From: an uncultured Planctomycetota bacterium | GTDB lineage: Bacteria > Planctomycetota > JAJSAM01 > JAKLKS01 | Direction: 5' to 3' | Length of the DNA: 64,000 nucleotides | NCBI GenBank assembly: GCA_964370855.1 | Contig: CAYJMF010000003.1 | Coordinates: 20,272 to 84,271 of the forward strand | In this document: positions 27,942 to 37,720 of the stretch, one piece after another | Layout: each line of letters opens with the position of its first letter | Numbering within the stretch: the stretch's first letter is position 1 | Position numbers and translations under genes: made by a program | Notes under the pieces: generated by a model | The model's input: the letters and a program-made list of their open reading frames with translations, nothing else | What the model was told of the DNA's origin: nothing | Database searches by the model: none

Positions 27942-28874
27942 ATGGCCGAGATCCGCCCCACCGAGGGGCAGAAAGGATACGCCGTGGAGACGAGAGTAGC
28001 GGAGGTCGACCGCCACGACGCCATTCTCCGCTCCCTCACCGCGGCCCAGGTCCGGGGGGACCTCACTGAGGAGCAGGCCCTCTCCCGGAAGAACGCCGCC
28101 TACGAGGCCCACATCGACCTCCGGCTCGCCATCCAGCGGGAGGGCCGGGAGCGGGAACTCGCCTGGGAGGCGGGCTACCGGGAGCGGCTCCTCTCGCTCC
28201 AGATGGAGGGGGAGGCCGACGAGGCCCGCCTCGCCCGGCTCGGGACCGAGCAGCGGGTCGCGGCCCTCCAGGAGGAGACCCGCCTTCTCGTGGAGGAACT
28301 GCGGCGGCGCGGGGAGCACGCCCGGGCGCAGGAGGTCGAGAACGCCGCTGCGGCCGCCCGGGCACGCATCGAGCGCGAGGGGCGGCTCCGCGAGGCCATG
28401 GCCGGCGGCGACTTCGCCGAGGGGTTCCAGGCGCGGATCTCGAAGCTCCGCGAGGAGACCGCCGCCTGGGGCCGCCTCGGGGCGGAGATGGCCGACCTCG
28501 CCACGCAGGGGCTCTCCCAGGGGGTCACCCGGGCGCTGGAGGAGGTCGCCCGCGGGACGAAGAGCGCCAAGGAGGCATTCCGCGACTGGGCGCGGGAGTT
28601 CGCCTTCGACATCGCACGCATGATCCAGCAGGAGCTCATCTTGAAGGCCATCCTCGCGCTGTTCCCCGGCCTCTCAGAGGGAGCGGGCCACTGCCGCCCG
28701 GCGGTGGTTCGTCTCCACCCGGAGTTGGGCTTGGCATCGCGTTCGGGCCCTGATAAGAGCGGATATCGTCGAGCAACTTTACAAGCCATGGGTCATCCCG
28801 AGGCTCTCCTTCCTCGTCGATGGTGTAGAGAACATTGGCCATCCCGAAACCACCGTACCCGCGCCTCGGGATAG
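27942..28874 (+). CDS. coiled-coil protein, possibly phage structural remnant (3' end uncertain)
   Basis: E/R/A-rich coiled coil. Last ~60 aa not protein-like; overlaps convergent gene. Confidence 0.3.
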   Translation: MAEIRPTEGQKGYAVETRVAEVDRHDAILRSLTAAQVRGDLTEEQALSRKNAAYEAHIDLRLAIQREGRERELAWEAGYRERLLSLQMEGEADEARLARLGTEQRVAALQEETRLLVEELRRRGEHARAQEVENAAAAARARIEREGRLREAMAGGDFAEGFQARISKLREETAAWGRLGAEMADLATQGLSQGVTRALEEVARGTKSAKEAFRDWAREFAFDIARMIQQELILKAILALFPGLSEGAGHCRPAVVRLHPELGLASRSGPDKSGYRRATLQAMGHPEALLPRRWCREHWPSRNHRTRASG

Positions 28875-29313
28875 CCCAGACCGAACGGTCTGCCGATGGA
28901 ACCAACACGGCCTCCGATTCACTGGCGTGTGCAATGTACCCAAAGTCATCTCTGGAGTTACCGGCGGGTGGGTTGGCGCGAACACCAAGCACCGTGGAGT
29001 TCCGGTACCACCCCACAACGACCGGCTCTCCTGCTCCCGACTTTGGGGCCACCCAAACGACGAGAACCCCGGGGAGTTCACTGGCTCCGGCAGCCGCAGG
29101 GTCGATCCGGCCTAGGTTCAGGCCGTAGGTGTTGCTGTCGATGTGCGCGTATCCGTAGACCCTCCCACCTTCCGGCCAGAAGTTGAACGCCTCGTGCCCG
29201 ATGTTCTCCTCGTTGTACCTGCCACCCCCCTTTGGCCGGATGTCGGCGGGTTCGTCGTGCCCGGCGTAGTCGTCCATCCACCCGATCTTCAAGAAGACCA
29301 CGCGATCCGGCAT
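28636..29313 (-). CDS. hypothetical protein
   Basis: MPDRVVFLKIGWMDDYAGH...GYAHIDSNTYGLNLGRID is protein-like. C-terminal ~40 aa low complexity. Confidence 0.35.
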   Translation of the reverse strand: MPDRVVFLKIGWMDDYAGHDEPADIRPKGGGRYNEENIGHEAFNFWPEGGRVYGYAHIDSNTYGLNLGRIDPAAAGASELPGVLVVWVAPKSGAGEPVVVGWYRNSTVLGVRANPPAGNSRDDFGYIAHASESEAVLVPSADRSVWAIPRRGYGGFGMANVLYTIDEEGEPRDDPWLVKLLDDIRSYQGPNAMPSPTPGGDEPPPGGSGPLPLRGRGTARGWPSR

Positions 29314-29596
29314 GGGCGCTCTCCTGTCCAGTTCTCGAGGTCACCGGGTTTAGGGGGCCGGCACGGCTAGCGCGCGCCGGCCCCCAGGTGGCGGGATCGG
29401 GGAGGACGGTGCAGTCCTTTACGCCTCCGCTTCTTTGGAGAATAGGGATGAGGTGAGAAGGCGGGGCGACCCAATCTCCGTCGCCACGGATCCTACCTCG
29501 ACCTGCCGGGTGCGATCCACCACGGTCCATCGGATGGCGGGCCCTGGCCGGCGTCCCCCGCAGGCGGTACCCTGCGGAGGGTCCGGAGACGACGCG

Positions 29597-29989
29597 ATGC
29601 CTCGACTGAAGAAGACCTTCCCGTGCGGCCACCTGGGCTTCGGCTCCCTCTGCCACGCCTACCGGGAGAAGGTGCGCGCCCGGGAGCGGGAGGAATCCGC
29701 GCAGCGGGACTCCCGGGCCGCGAAGCAGGCGGTCCTGCAGGCCGCCCCCATCCCGCTCGACGGGCTCCCCTTCCCGGTCGCCCAGAAGGCCCTCGAGGCC
29801 ATCGAGGCGGTCACCACGGGCCGGCCCTGGCAGGACTTCAAGGGGAAGAAGATCGAGTCCCGCCGCGGCCTCCGCGTCGTCGTCCCCCTCGGGTGGTCCT
29901 ACCGGCTCCTGTTCAGGTGGAACGGAAACGAAGGTCTGGTTCCCGAAGTGGCACTCAGCCACGAGGCGTACAACGGCTTGTTCGCCTGA
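29597..29989 (+). CDS. hypothetical protein with N-terminal Cys/His cluster and RelE/ParE-like C-terminal signature
   Basis: CGHLGFGSLCHAY...; C-term 'WSYRLLFRW..GNEGLVPEVALSHEAY'. Confidence 0.35.
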   Translation: MPRLKKTFPCGHLGFGSLCHAYREKVRAREREESAQRDSRAAKQAVLQAAPIPLDGLPFPVAQKALEAIEAVTTGRPWQDFKGKKIESRRGLRVVVPLGWSYRLLFRWNGNEGLVPEVALSHEAYNGLFA

Positions 29990-30038
29990 GTGAGGCCGGT
30001 GCGGGGAGACGCACCCGAGGTGCTACGCTCCTGCTTCC

Positions 30039-30566
30039 ATGAATGACCCTGCGGCGGGTCCGCTCACCAGGTTCCTGTCGGAAGACCACGCCCGGCTCGA
30101 TGGCCTCCTCCGGCCCACGGCCGTGGATCCAGGAGGCGTGGACGCCTCCGCCTTCGATGAGTTCCGCCGGGGGCTGCTCCGCCACATCGGGATGGAGGAG
30201 AAGGTCCTTCTCCCCGAGGCGACACGGCGGCGGGGAGGCAAGCCCCTACCCGCGGCGGAGCGACTCCGTACCGACCACTCTGCGCTGGCCACCCTCCTCG
30301 TCACCACGCCGACGCCTGCCATCGTGGAGACGATCCGGCGGATCCTGGAGGACCACAACCCCGTGGAGGAGGGACCCGCCGGCGTCTACGCCGAGGTTGA
30401 GCGCCTACTGTCTGCCGAAGAAGCCGTGGCCCTCGTTGCCCGCCTTCGTATACGGGACGAGCCTCCCGTCTCTCCGTATTCGGACAACCCCCGGGTACTG
30501 GAACGCGTGCGCGCCCTCGTTGAGAAGTACCGCGTCGCCTCGGACGGCGAAGCTCCGAATCCGTAG
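30039..30566 (+). CDS. hemerythrin-like domain protein
   Basis: H...HxxxE, LLRHIGMEEKVLLP pattern. Confidence 0.5.
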   Translation: MNDPAAGPLTRFLSEDHARLDGLLRPTAVDPGGVDASAFDEFRRGLLRHIGMEEKVLLPEATRRRGGKPLPAAERLRTDHSALATLLVTTPTPAIVETIRRILEDHNPVEEGPAGVYAEVERLLSAEEAVALVARLRIRDEPPVSPYSDNPRVLERVRALVEKYRVASDGEAPNP

Positions 30567-30609
30567 CACGGGGCTGGAACGACCCTCCCGCCCCCTCAAT
30601 CCTTGATAG

Positions 30610-31974
30610 GTGCCCTCCGAGACCTCCCCGTTCGCGGACGTGATCCTGACCTGGGCCCGCGAGGTCCCGGAGAAGACCGCGGTCCTGAGGAAGGAAGAGG
30701 ACGGCGGCTGGGTCGAGCTCGCCAGGGTCGAGGGGACCGAGTACACGGTCCGGGGCCTTCACCCCGAGCGGGCCCACGAATTCGCCGCCGCTCCGGTGCT
30801 GGCGGATGGGGGGCTCGCGCCGGAGGCGGACTGGGAGACGGTCCGGGTGGCGCCGCTGGCCGAAGATGGCGCGCGGGCCCTCCCGGGGACGCCCACGGGT
30901 TTCGCCGCGGCCCAGGACGGCGCGAACCTCAACCTCCGGTGGGACGCCGCGGAGGACGGCGTGACGGACTCCTACGAGATCCGGGAGGGCGACTCCTGGG
31001 AGGACGGAACCCTCGTGACCGAGGGCCTCGCCGGCTCCCCCTACTCCTGGGCCTGGTGGGCATCGGGGGACCGGGCCCTGCACCTCAAGGCCGTTAACCG
31101 GCTCGGACGGACCTCGCCGGCGGCCGCCACGGTGGCCGTCTCGATCGAGCCCCTTGGGGACCACGCGACGGATGCGGTCGACGACCAGGCAGGCCAGGGG
31201 TGGCCCGGGACCCCGACCCACCTCGAGGACGACGGGACCGGCGCCCTCCGGCTGGAGGCCCTTCCCGCCCACTTCGGGGCGGCGACCACCCCGTTCGGGT
31301 CCTTCGTCGGCGTGCCTGCCTTCGCCCGGTACTGGCCCGAGGGGATCTACCTGTCGCCTGAGTTCGACGCGGGCCAGGTCGAGCACCAGCGCATCGAGGT
31401 CGACCTCGGCGGGGCGCAGCCCATTGACCCCGACATCCCCTTCGGCGCCTGCCACCGCCCCGCCCTCGGTGCCCGGAGGCGCCGGGACGGGACCACCGTC
31501 CCCCTCGGCACCCGCGGGTTCGCGTCGAGGAACTCCTGGCGGGCGACGCCGCTTCCCCCCGTGGACGCGACGGTCGAGGTCGACACCTCCTCGACCCCCG
31601 GTGGCGCATGGGACGGCTGGCGGCCCTTCGCCCCGGGAACCTACGCGTTCCGGCGCGTCCGCATCCGCGTCACCGTCCGCGGGGACGGACTCCGCTTCGT
31701 CCGGGTCCCGCACCTGGTGATCACACGGCGCAAGCTCAACCGCAAGCAGGAGGGAGACGTCGTGGTCGGCCCCGACGCCGATGTCGTGGTCCCCTTCCCG
31801 GTCCCCTTTCAGAACGCCCCGCGGGTGACCGCCCACCTGCTCGGCTTCCCGGGCTCCGTGGAGATCGTCTCGGTTAGCCCCTCCGAGGTCGTCCTCCGCT
31901 CGGGCGCGGCGGTCTTCGCCGAGAGTCCGGCCACCTTCGCCCCGACGATCCACTGGCAAGCAATGGGGACGTAG
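30610..31974 (+). CDS. phage tail/host-specificity-like protein (beta-rich), hypothetical
   Basis: 454 aa, beta-strand-rich, lies next to tail-fibre genes. Confidence 0.45.
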   Translation: MPSETSPFADVILTWAREVPEKTAVLRKEEDGGWVELARVEGTEYTVRGLHPERAHEFAAAPVLADGGLAPEADWETVRVAPLAEDGARALPGTPTGFAAAQDGANLNLRWDAAEDGVTDSYEIREGDSWEDGTLVTEGLAGSPYSWAWWASGDRALHLKAVNRLGRTSPAAATVAVSIEPLGDHATDAVDDQAGQGWPGTPTHLEDDGTGALRLEALPAHFGAATTPFGSFVGVPAFARYWPEGIYLSPEFDAGQVEHQRIEVDLGGAQPIDPDIPFGACHRPALGARRRRDGTTVPLGTRGFASRNSWRATPLPPVDATVEVDTSSTPGGAWDGWRPFAPGTYAFRRVRIRVTVRGDGLRFVRVPHLVITRRKLNRKQEGDVVVGPDADVVVPFPVPFQNAPRVTAHLLGFPGSVEIVSVSPSEVVLRSGAAVFAESPATFAPTIHWQAMGT

Positions 31975-31981
31975 GGGACCG

Positions 31982-32455
31982 TCAGAGTCCCGTCAACCAC
32001 CGGTGAACCACGACATCCCTCAGCAGCCGGCGGTCATCGAGGTCGAACGAGATCCCGTAGCTCTCCTTCACGAACCCGAACGTCCTCGGGTCGAATTCGA
32101 TCCTGCAGAAGACCGCGGTGGCTTCAGTGGGGGGCGCCTGATTCCCGGCCGCATTCAGGAGGTACACGGAACTGAGCCCGTCCTTGCCTATGCCTGCTCC
32201 ATGGAGGAACTCGAGGACCTCGTCCATCGGCGTTCCGACCGGGACCTTCGAAAGGAGGCCTTCGCGGATGATCTCGGGAGACCCTACTCGGCGCAGGTCG
32301 AACTGCCGCGCAAGGCGCGAGGTTGCATCCGGACTCACGCACCCGGCGACGAACACCAGCCCCGCAAGGACGAGTGTGCAAGCCAGCGCAGCAGCCCCCG
32401 CAATCCAGGACCATCGTCGACGTCTGCGGGTAGCGGTGGCAGGTTCCATCATCAC
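31982..32455 (-). CDS. membrane-anchored hypothetical protein
   Basis: TM helix WSWIAGAAALACTLVLAGLVFVAG. Last gene of minus-strand 3-gene insert. Confidence 0.45.
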   Translation of the reverse strand: MMMEPATATRRRRRWSWIAGAAALACTLVLAGLVFVAGCVSPDATSRLARQFDLRRVGSPEIIREGLLSKVPVGTPMDEVLEFLHGAGIGKDGLSSVYLLNAAGNQAPPTEATAVFCRIEFDPRTFGFVKESYGISFDLDDRRLLRDVVVHRWLTGL

Positions 32456-33309
32456 TCCCTCAGGGAGAGAAGTTCCTGGATCGCCACCTCGCGCCTACGA
32501 GCGGAGGACTCCGAATCCTGGATTCCCATGTGATCCACCTCCTGGGCGCGCAGGTACTCCCTCAGTTGGTCAGCGAGATCCACCTCCGGTGCATCCGTCA
32601 AGAGGATGCGCTGGACCGGCGGGACGCAGCAGTCGTACTCGTCCTTGGCTTGCTTCTCGTGGGACACGCCGATGGGGTCCCAGATCCGGAGAAGCACTCC
32701 CGCGATCTTCCGGTCGAGGTTCCTCAGTTCGGACCTCTCGGAATCCAGCGGCCGTCGCCAACCGAGGAACCCTGCCTCTACAGCGCCCCCCGAAGGACCT
32801 CGCCCGGGCGTCCCCGCCCAGGCCTCGATCTCGGGAAGGACCTTCCGCAGGTGGTCGCGGATCTCCGTTCGACACTCGGCCCTGCGCTCGGCCCGCAGTT
32901 TGGGATCCACCATCTCATCGAGTCCGTTGCAGCACTCACAGGAGTAGTAGACGAGCGGCCCCCTCGCCTCCACGGGGAGACCCTTCTCCACGCTTCTGAG
33001 GTTGCTGAAGTAGCCCGCGCCCCAGAGCGGATCAATGGACCCGGAGAGGATGGACCTTGCCATCGACACGGTCACCATGCGCTCGGCCTGCGCCTGGGTC
33101 GGGAGCTGCAACCCGGCAGCCCGAAGTGCCCTCTCCAGGAGTTCCCGGGCGTCATCGGTGCTGAGTCTGGCGTCCCCGGCGATGAGACGGAACTCCGTGC
33201 AATCGAAGGGGGAGTCCAGCGCCTCGTAGGCGACATCCCGCAGGTGGTCGACATCCATGAGGCCGACCTGCCAGAACGCCGCCCGTTCCAGGAGGTCGTC
33301 CTTCGTCAC
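32452..33309 (-). CDS. hypothetical protein (middle gene of 3-gene insert)
   Basis: GTG start overlapping upstream TGA (GTGA). Protein-like throughout. CC/CxC pairs. Confidence 0.45.
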   Translation of the reverse strand: MTKDDLLERAAFWQVGLMDVDHLRDVAYEALDSPFDCTEFRLIAGDARLSTDDARELLERALRAAGLQLPTQAQAERMVTVSMARSILSGSIDPLWGAGYFSNLRSVEKGLPVEARGPLVYYSCECCNGLDEMVDPKLRAERRAECRTEIRDHLRKVLPEIEAWAGTPGRGPSGGAVEAGFLGWRRPLDSERSELRNLDRKIAGVLLRIWDPIGVSHEKQAKDEYDCCVPPVQRILLTDAPEVDLADQLREYLRAQEVDHMGIQDSESSARRREVAIQELLSLRE

Positions 33310-34648
33310 CCGTTCACGATCCTCTGCCGGAGGACGTTCCACCGCAGGTGGTCCCCGTCGATGTTCCCGGCGTCGAACCCTTTGCTCCAGGAGGAGGAGA
33401 CGACCGTCGGCGGGACGGGGGCGCGGGTCTTCTCGTCCACGAGCCGGTAGGTGCGGCAGCGGCTGTCGGCCGGCGGGGCGCTGGCGAACTCGGGCGGGAG
33501 CGTGGGCCGCGGCGGGGCCGTGCGGTTGGCCTCGACGAGGAGGTCCTCCAGCCGGTCCATGTCGAGGACCTCGAGGAGCCGGTCCCCGACGACGGTGATC
33601 CCCTTCGGCTGCCACAGCATGGCCGCCGGGATCGCGTTGCCGGAGGAGCCGATGATCCAGCACCAGTGCCAGCCCGTGGGAAGCGGGCGGGCGGGGATCT
33701 CCCCCACCTGCAAGGCCGCGGAAGGTGTGTTCTCAGGGGTCGGCTCCACCCAGGGGACGTCGCTGCTCGGTCCGCGGAGGGTGGCCCGGATGGAGAACCC
33801 GTTCTCCTCCCGGCTCTGTTCCATGGAGGTCTCCGGGAGCGGCTCCGTCGGCGCCTGGGGCCTCGACGGGAAGGGCCGCTCGCGAAGGACCGCCTTCGAC
33901 AGGATCAGCCCGGCGTTCTCACGGGTCTCGCCGTAGGTCAGGATCTTCCCGAGCCAGCCGTCGGTGGCGTACCAGACGTTCGAACGGGCGGGGCGTTCGC
34001 GGAACAACCGGTCCCGGATGGTGTGGAGGCCGCCGCTCCACACCCCCCTCGCTCCGCCCGGAAGGGGGACGGGCATGTGGACCCGCCCGGGGCCGTGGCG
34101 GGCGATGTCGAGGCCGGACACGAAGGAGGCCACCAGCTCCACCGGTGGCGCGTTCTTCGCCTCGAGGGCCGCGATCACGCCGGCCAGCGTCTCCGAGGGC
34201 CCTCCCCGGGTCATCTCGAACCAGCGGCCGTCGGCGCCGTAGCAGACCGTCACCGAGTGCGGGCCGTCGTGGATCTGGACGCTCCCCGCCCCGAGGTCGC
34301 GCAGCTTCGGCGCCGGCCCAGGCCGCGGCTTCGGCTCCTCGTACACCCCGGGAACGGCGGTCATCACCGGCGAGGGCCCTTCCCGGCCTCCCCGCGTCAC
34401 GGAGAGGAGCGGCCAGGGGAGGATCCACTTCGAGCCCGGGGCCTCCCTCCGGAACAGGGTTCGGGTCGTCTCCCCGTTCAAGGTCTCGATCCACGCCTCC
34501 TCGCCGAGGTGGTCCACGACCATCTCGAAGAGCATCTCGGAGTGGCGCCGCGTGGGGATCGCGTCCCGGATCGCGTGCGTCGACCGGAACTCGTCCGCGT
34601 CGGGGCTCTTCTCCCTCGGATCCGCCATGTCCCACCTCCCATCGCTCA
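33306..34648 (-). CDS. hypothetical two-domain protein (first gene of 3-gene insert)
   Basis: Start MSDGRWDMADPREK at 34648. 447 aa. Protein-like with W-rich motifs. Confidence 0.45.
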
Positions 34649-34730
34649 TGACCGGCTCCACTATACCGCCCGGCCGCCTTGACCGACCCTCCGCACCCCG
34701 GGACCCTCGGTCCATCCCTGGGGGGACCCC

Positions 34731-35708
34731 ATGGCCTGGAAGAAGCTCATCACCGAGGACGACTTCGGCGGCTTCGCCAACCCTTCGGCGACCATCGGCG
34801 GCGCGGCGGTCAACGGGTCGGCGACGACGGCGATCCGCTCCGACGCGGCGCCGGCACTCGGCCCGCTCACCCGCGACCTCGCCTTCGGCGGTTTCAAGGG
34901 GACCGGGGCCGGGGACCCGACGGCGGCCCAGGACCTCGCCACGAAGGCCTACGTGGACGCCCTCGCCCAGGGGCTCTCCCCCAAGGAGGCGGTCCGGGTC
35001 CGCTCCGGCGCCAACGTCAACACCGCCTCCCCGGGGGCCAACGTGGACGGGGTCGCCATGGCCGCGGGCGACCGCGTCCTTCTCTCCAACCAGATCACCG
35101 CCTCCCAGAACGGCCTCTGGGTCTGGAACGGCGCCGCCGTGGCCATGACCCGCGCCCTCGACGCCGACAGCGAGGCCGACCTCCTCGGGGCCTCGGTGTT
35201 CGTGCTGGAGGGGACGAGCGCCGACACCCTCTGGACCCTCACCACCGACGCCCCCATCACGGTCGGGACCACGGCCCTCACCTGGACCCAGTTCAACAGC
35301 GCCGGCGACATCGTGGGCGGGAACGGCCTCACCAAGACCGGGAACACCCTCGACGTGAACGTGGACGGCTCCTCCCTGGAGATCAACGCCGACGCCCTCC
35401 GGGTGAAGGCCCTCGGCATCACCGACGCCCACGTCGCCGCCGCCAACAAGGACGGCGCCGTTGGCACCGCCTCCCTCCGGACCCTCGGGACGGGCGGCCA
35501 GCAGGCCTGCGCCGGGAACGACGGGCGCCTCGCCGACACCCGCGTCCCCGCGGCCACCCAGGGCGGGACCGCCTGGGACTTCAACGACAACGAGGTCCTC
35601 GGGCTCCGGCCGAAGGGCTACACCACCGGCGCCCGCCCGGGGTCCGCCGCGGCGGGGAGGCTCATCTTCGACACCACCATCTCGAGGCCCATGGTCTGGG
35701 TGCCGTAG
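34731..35708 (+). CDS. phage tail fibre protein
   Basis: N-terminal 'LITEDDFGG', 'AQDLATKAYVDA' tail-fibre motif. Gly/Thr-rich beta repeats. Confidence 0.6.
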   Translation: MAWKKLITEDDFGGFANPSATIGGAAVNGSATTAIRSDAAPALGPLTRDLAFGGFKGTGAGDPTAAQDLATKAYVDALAQGLSPKEAVRVRSGANVNTASPGANVDGVAMAAGDRVLLSNQITASQNGLWVWNGAAVAMTRALDADSEADLLGASVFVLEGTSADTLWTLTTDAPITVGTTALTWTQFNSAGDIVGGNGLTKTGNTLDVNVDGSSLEINADALRVKALGITDAHVAAANKDGAVGTASLRTLGTGGQQACAGNDGRLADTRVPAATQGGTAWDFNDNEVLGLRPKGYTTGARPGSAAAGRLIFDTTISRPMVWVP

Positions 35709-35711
35709 CCC

Positions 35712-35999
35712 GTGCCGGCGGCCCCCCGCCTCGCCGGGAAGCCCCCCTCGCCGCTGGCCAGAGTCCGCCTCCTCGGGCGCCCGCCCGCGGCCTCCCCCGC
35801 CCTCCCCGACCCGGGCCCCCCGGTGCCCCCCGGCTACCGGGCGGCGGGCCAGAAGGACCTCACGCGGGCCCTCTACGAGGATCTCGGCGAGGTCGTCAAC
35901 CGCCACTGCCCGAGCCCCGAGACCCTCCTCATGGCCCTGGAGCTCCTCCGGCTCTCGGCCCTCGCGCCCCGCCAGCGCCAGATGGAGCTCGAGGAGTAG
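35712..35999 (+). CDS. small hypothetical protein (possible tail-fibre accessory)
   Basis: Sits between two fibre genes. Weakly protein-like. Confidence 0.25.
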   Translation: MPAAPRLAGKPPSPLARVRLLGRPPAASPALPDPGPPVPPGYRAAGQKDLTRALYEDLGEVVNRHCPSPETLLMALELLRLSALAPRQRQMELEE

Positions 36000-36002
36000 C
36001 CC

Positions 36003-36746
36003 ATGGCCGGATGGCGCCAGGTGGTCACCGAGGACGACGTGAGCGCCCCGGGCGGGGTGGCCCCGCTCGACGGCGGCCAGAAGGTCCCCCTCGCCAACCT
36101 CCCCTCGGGAATCCTCCTCAGGGTCACGGTGTTCACCGCCAACGGGAACTGGGCCCCCCTCCCGGACACGAAGAGCGCCCTCGTGGAGCTCCTCGGCGGC
36201 GGCGGCGGGGGCGGCGGCGCCCTGTCCATCCCGGGGATGGGGAGCGCCGCGGCGGGCGGGGGTGCGGCGGGCGCCTACCTCCGGAAGGTGATCCCGAACC
36301 CCTCCGGCTCCTACCCCGTCACCATCGGCCTCGGCGGTCCCGGGGGCGCGCCCGGGGCCGCAGGTACCGCCGGGGGGAACACGACCTTCGGGACTGGGGG
36401 CGGGCAGCTCGTGGCGCCCGGGGGCGGCGGCGGCGCCGGGGGTGGGAACGCCGCCGGGGACGCCTTCACCGGCGCCGGGGTGAGCGGCCTCGCCACGGGC
36501 GGGGACCTGAACGGCCTCGGGGCCCCGGGGAGCGTCGGCATCGTCCTCGCCGGCGCCCTGGCCCTCGGCGGCGGGGGCGGCTCCAGCGCGCTCGGGGGCG
36601 GCGGCGGGGACGAGGTCGTGAACGGCCCCGGCATGAACGCCGGCGGCCCCGGGGCTGGCGGCGGCGGGGGCGGCGACCAGGCCGGCGCCGGCTCTCCCGG
36701 GGGCAACGGGACCGACGGCATCGCCATCGTCCACGAGTACTCGTAG
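36003..36746 (+). CDS. glycine-rich tail-fibre-like protein
   Basis: N-term MAGWRQVVTEDDVS parallels MAWKKLITEDDFGG of previous fibre. Poly-Gly collagen-like runs. Confidence 0.5.
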   Translation: MAGWRQVVTEDDVSAPGGVAPLDGGQKVPLANLPSGILLRVTVFTANGNWAPLPDTKSALVELLGGGGGGGGALSIPGMGSAAAGGGAAGAYLRKVIPNPSGSYPVTIGLGGPGGAPGAAGTAGGNTTFGTGGGQLVAPGGGGGAGGGNAAGDAFTGAGVSGLATGGDLNGLGAPGSVGIVLAGALALGGGGGSSALGGGGGDEVVNGPGMNAGGPGAGGGGGGDQAGAGSPGGNGTDGIAIVHEYS

Positions 36747-36760
36747 CGCAGGGTAGACCG

Positions 36761-37570
36761 CTACCCACCAGGGGCCTCGCCCTCTCTTCGTTGGCGTTCC
36801 CGCTCCATGCTCTCCGCTGCGGTTCGTAGGACTTCGTCCTTGGGGCGATAGTCGCAGGGGTACGGCGTGTAGATCTCGAGGGGAGGAAGGCTGAGCCAGA
36901 CTGTGTCCTCTCGACCGTACGAGTACCGGGCGAAGCGGGAGATCTCAACCAATCGCTTGTCGGGACACTCCGAGTCAAACGTCATCACATATCCGATGGG
37001 CGGGAAGGAGATCTCGCTGACGACCCACATTCTCCCGACGAGAATCTGCCCAATGACGGACCGTCCTGATTGCCTGGCCTTGGCGCTCACATGGAAGTAG
37101 GCGTAGACCCGATACGCCGGGTCCATGTAGCGCCGGTCCCGATCAAGAACGAAACTGACGAGGTCTGGGCTCTCCTGGCGCAGCCCATCTCCATGCGCGC
37201 TGAAGAACATGCACACCACCTGCTTGATGACGCTGAGGGGCCGGATGCGAAACGGGAGGACCATCGATGGACGGCCGCCGGAGGCGTCCAGGATCTGGAA
37301 CCCCTGTCGCTCCCATTCGACATAGTGGGCTCCGTACCACTTGCCGGTGATGTTGTTGCAGCGTGCGCACAGGGTGTGGGATCCCGCCCCCTTCTGCTCG
37401 ATGCGGCCACGAACCGTGTCGAAGTCCCCCTGCCGGCGGAGGATCTCCTCCCCCCGAGCGAGAACAATTGGATGCTTGTTGTACGCGGCGCGGGGGGGGA
37501 CGTGCTCAAAGGTCAACTCCCCATGGGTTCCGCACAGTTGGCAGATTCCCACGACGCGCTTCTTGGCCAT
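36761..37570 (-). CDS. HNH-type endonuclease-like protein
   Basis: CQLCGTHGELTFEHVPP...CARCNNITG Cys/His clusters. Lower-GC segment. Confidence 0.5.
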   Translation of the reverse strand: MAKKRVVGICQLCGTHGELTFEHVPPRAAYNKHPIVLARGEEILRRQGDFDTVRGRIEQKGAGSHTLCARCNNITGKWYGAHYVEWERQGFQILDASGGRPSMVLPFRIRPLSVIKQVVCMFFSAHGDGLRQESPDLVSFVLDRDRRYMDPAYRVYAYFHVSAKARQSGRSVIGQILVGRMWVVSEISFPPIGYVMTFDSECPDKRLVEISRFARYSYGREDTVWLSLPPLEIYTPYPCDYRPKDEVLRTAAESMERERQRREGEAPGG

Positions 37571-37720
37571 GATGGGCTGCAGTGTAGCCGAGCACTTGCA
37601 GCGAGAACCGGCGAGGAATGACCCTTGCGGACCACCTCCGCACGGTGACCAGGCCACCTCTTCCAGCGTCGCATCCACCCCCCCGTTGCACGAGCCTCCG
37701 CCCCCGCCGAGGCTCGTCCC

